NCBI GenBank assembly: GCA_013360195.1 | Contig: JABWCQ010000004.1 | Span: forward strand, 43,836-107,835 | Direction: 5' to 3' | Source: a bacterium | GTDB lineage: Bacteria > Electryoneota > RPQS01 | Length of the DNA stretch: 64,000 bases | The notes under the pieces: model-generated | The model's database searches: none | Seen by the model: only the letters and a program-made list of their open reading frames with translations | Told to the model about the DNA's origin: nothing | Position numbers and translations under genes: made by a program | Shown here: positions 61,375 to 64,000 of the stretch, one piece after another | Layout: every line of letters begins with the position of its first letter | How positions within the stretch are numbered: the stretch's first letter is position 1

Positions 61375-63709
61375 AGTCAACGAGAACTCATCGAAGCCAA
61401 TTGAACGCTCGTCCACTCCAATCGTGGCGGGCATTTTGTTGTTGGGATTTGCCGTGCTCGTCATTGCCGCATTAGCATCACATTCGAGAAGCGACTTCCC
61501 GTATCAGGACTTTGGCCCAAGGGCGGAAAATGCGGTCGGAAGATTCGGAGAGTTCATTTCTGCTGTGCTTGGTCCGATGTTCATGGGCCAGTGGCCGTCC
61601 ATGACTTTAGCGATGATAGCCGGAATATGGGGCTGGACATTCGTCCGACGTCATTCTCGCCGCAGCGCATTAGTGCTCACGATTTGGATATTGGCGCTCG
61701 GACTTTGGACATCCGCAACGATTGGTGTTTTGGGGGATCTCATACATGGAGACAATGTCGCCAATTACTACACGCATTCAGGAGAATTTGGACACTGGGC
61801 AGCTCAAGAATTGAAAGAGCTTACGGGAAGATTCGGCGCAGTACTCATCATGTGCGTGCTCATGCTCGTCGGATTGTCTATGACGGTCGCAGGTTTCAGT
61901 GAGTGGATTGAACGGAGAGCCGCACAAACGGCGAATTTGGCGGGAAGAGCGCGAAACCTTCCCTTGCCGTCGTTCGTACCGGCGTGGCGGTTGATGCGGG
62001 AGTGGCTTTCTACTCGTCGATCAAAGTCGGATTCAATTCCGGAGATAAACATCGATTTCGCCACGCAAGCCACAGCAGATACGGTATCAGAGCAAATCCA
62101 ACAGGGAGCAGCAGGTAACGGTGCCCCCGGCAAGGTCATCCATAACCTGGGAGACGGAATCGACCCTGTCACAGGCGCAAGGCTCACGTCCTCAAAGAGG
62201 CCTGAACAGATTACGATGCCCGTTGATGACGAAACAGGTTACGTCTTTCCATCGGCAGATTGCTTTAACGCCCCGCCTCCAGATCGAATAGGCGGAATGC
62301 AGCAAGACGAGCAGCAGCATAATGCGGCTCTTCTCGAGAAGAGTCTGGAGACATTTGGCGTGAAGGCAACAGTTACTCAAGTGAATCCAGGCCCAGTCAT
62401 TACACAGTTCGAACTTGCCCCTGCACCAGGCGTGAAAGTGTCGCGAATTGAGGCGCTTGCGGATGACATCGCCCTCGCACTTCGCGCGCGAGGACTGCGT
62501 ATCCTTGCACCGATTCCAGGCAAGGCGGCGGTCGGTGTTGAAATCGCAAACCCAAAACCGGCGTTGGTTACTTTCCGTGAAGTTGTTGAGTCGTCACAGT
62601 TTCAGTCAGCAAAGTCCAAACTCACCATTGCACTTGGAAGAACCGTTAACGGTGAGATACTGACTGCAGACTTAGGATCATTGCCGCACCTACTTATCGC
62701 CGGGACCACAGGATCGGGCAAGTCCGTTTGCGTAAATGCAATTATAACGTCAATACTCCTTCGTGCAACACCAGAAGAAGTTCAGTTCGTAATGGTGGAC
62801 CCCAAAAAACTCGAGCTTGCCGCATATAACGAATTGCGGATCCACCATCTAACGCACCGTCCTGACTTGAGCGAGCATGTGATTACCAAGCCTGATGAAG
62901 CAGTAAAGGTACTTCGAAGCTGTCTCGTTGAGATGGAGCACCGTTACGATCTGCTCGCTGAGCGAGGCGCCAGGCAGTTATCAGAGTACAACGAAATGGT
63001 CAAGGATTCGCCGAGAGAAGGCGAACGACCGATGCCGTATATTGTGGTTATCATCGATGAGCTTGCCGACTTGATGGTGACTGCACAACGTGAAGTGGAA
63101 GAGCCGATAGCACGATTGGCACAGTTGGCGCGAGCTGTGGGAATCCACATGGTTGTGGCGACTCAACGACCTTCTGTTGACGTCATTACAGGTGTAATCA
63201 AAGCAAATTTCCCTGCTAGAATTGCGTTTCGTGTCGCCATGAAAGTGGACTCAAGAACGATTCTTGATACTAATGGAGCTGAAATGTTGCTGGGTCAAGG
63301 TGACATGCTATTCCAGCATCCCGAAGAACCTGCGCCGCAGCGTGTACAGGGCGCTCTCTTGACGTCGAGCGAAATCGCCCGAGTAATCACACACATTAGA
63401 CGACAGCCTGCACCTAAGAACAAATTGGTGCTGCCGTTGGATCCGCAGGACGAACGTGAAGGTGGCGGAGCGGCAGATGGGATGCAGGAAGGACGCGATC
63501 CCTTGTTCCTCGAAGCGGCAAAAATTGTCGTACGAACCGGCCAAGGCAGTGTTTCAATTCTTCAGCGAAGGTTGAAAGTTGGTTACAGCAGAGCTGCAAG
63601 ATTGATAGATCAGCTTGAAAGGGCGGGCATAGTTGGACCATTCGACGGGTCGAAAGCCCGGGCAGTACTTGCTGATGAACAGACTTTAATGGACCTTGAG
63701 CAGCATTAA
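61361..63709 (+). CDS. ftsK: DNA translocase FtsK/SpoIIIE (N-terminal 4-TM anchor, linker, motor domain, C-terminal gamma wHTH)
   Basis: Walker A 'GTTGSGKSVCVNAII', 'VVIIDELADLM', 'ATQRPSVDVITG', gamma domain 'LFLEAAKIVVRTGQGSVSILQRRLKVGYSRAARLIDQLE'. Confidence 0.9.
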   Translation: MAVRKVNENSSKPIERSSTPIVAGILLLGFAVLVIAALASHSRSDFPYQDFGPRAENAVGRFGEFISAVLGPMFMGQWPSMTLAMIAGIWGWTFVRRHSRRSALVLTIWILALGLWTSATIGVLGDLIHGDNVANYYTHSGEFGHWAAQELKELTGRFGAVLIMCVLMLVGLSMTVAGFSEWIERRAAQTANLAGRARNLPLPSFVPAWRLMREWLSTRRSKSDSIPEINIDFATQATADTVSEQIQQGAAGNGAPGKVIHNLGDGIDPVTGARLTSSKRPEQITMPVDDETGYVFPSADCFNAPPPDRIGGMQQDEQQHNAALLEKSLETFGVKATVTQVNPGPVITQFELAPAPGVKVSRIEALADDIALALRARGLRILAPIPGKAAVGVEIANPKPALVTFREVVESSQFQSAKSKLTIALGRTVNGEILTADLGSLPHLLIAGTTGSGKSVCVNAIITSILLRATPEEVQFVMVDPKKLELAAYNELRIHHLTHRPDLSEHVITKPDEAVKVLRSCLVEMEHRYDLLAERGARQLSEYNEMVKDSPREGERPMPYIVVIIDELADLMVTAQREVEEPIARLAQLARAVGIHMVVATQRPSVDVITGVIKANFPARIAFRVAMKVDSRTILDTNGAEMLLGQGDMLFQHPEEPAPQRVQGALLTSSEIARVITHIRRQPAPKNKLVLPLDPQDEREGGGAADGMQEGRDPLFLEAAKIVVRTGQGSVSILQRRLKVGYSRAARLIDQLERAGIVGPFDGSKARAVLADEQTLMDLEQH

Positions 63710-63720
63710 GAAAGTTCTAG

Positions 63721-64000
63721 TGACACTTCTGCATTTGCAGGCAGCATTTGCAAATGGCCTGGCAGACGAGTTTTACGCTTCGGTGGAACAACATTTGCGT
63801 TCTTTGCCGTCACTGGAAATCGGCTACTTGGCAACAGGCAGTAGTTTTCCTTCGGAAGGTCTGGCTGGAAGGCTTGCGTTGCAAAGGCCAAGTGCGTTTT
63901 ATCACGATACTCCTGAATGGACCCATTGTGAAACTTCAAATCTGCAATGGCGACTATTGAAGGAGCAGCAGACGCTCTTGCTTGAGGATCCGCAGCCTCG
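63721..64000 (+). CDS. Partial ORF running off the window end (hypothetical; GTG start)
   Basis: Open frame 'VTLLHLQAAFANGLADEFYASVEQ...' continues to the end of the window; no recognisable motif. Confidence 0.25.

Noticed and set aside
63721-64000. Partial ORF after ftsK as lolA (a common ftsK neighbour)
   Set aside because: No N-terminal signal peptide and no LolA-like motifs in the visible 93 residues, so it is left as hypothetical.

Overview
This 64-kb window looks like a chromosomal segment from a bacterium of the FCB superphylum (Bacteroidota-like or a related candidate phylum). Overall GC is roughly 55%. The placement rests on several Bacteroidota-type gene sets: gldA-gldF-gldG plus a DUF4340 gene, a cargo protein carrying a C-terminal T9SS sorting domain, a TPR-lipoprotein/exbB/exbD/exbD/tonB/PstS-like cluster, and an N-terminal gene fragment ending in 'QPPDTLWTRR'. 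Many genes are preceded by GGAGG-type ribosome-binding sites, which argues against classical Bacteroidia. Almost all genes are on the + strand. In order, the window contains: a GAF/sigma-54 activator with a PEGA-domain Ser/Thr kinase; the gldAFG-DUF4340 operon; a pair of ABC exporters; a compact housekeeping block (gatC, kdsB, pyrG, an isocitrate/isopropylmalate-dehydrogenase-family gene, kdsA, folB, folK, a deoxynucleoside kinase, ridA, proline dehydrogenase); an orphan beta-class DNA methyltransferase; a minus-strand tdh / KimA-like K+ transporter / kbl operon; and a tRNA-Pro flanked by an orphan IS-type Zn-ribbon/HTH gene and a lower-GC islet. The largest feature is an apparently complete type IVa pilus locus: pilA, pilT, three non-canonical minor pilins, pilMNOPQ, pilB, pilC and pilD. 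It is interrupted between pilQ and pilB by a Wza-like outer-membrane polysaccharide exporter translationally coupled to the secretin, and by an 898-aa Ig-like-repeat lipoprotein. After the pilus locus come the T9SS cargo, obg, dprA, a left-handed-beta-helix (LbH) nucleotidyltransferase-like gene, an S41 protease, the TonB/ExbBD cluster with tandem TonB paralogs, gcvT, a ComB-like phosphatase, and ftsK. I saw no CRISPR array, rRNA gene or intact mobile element. All calls come from reading the sequence and from remembered family motifs; no database search was possible, so family assignments below the strongest ones are provisional.
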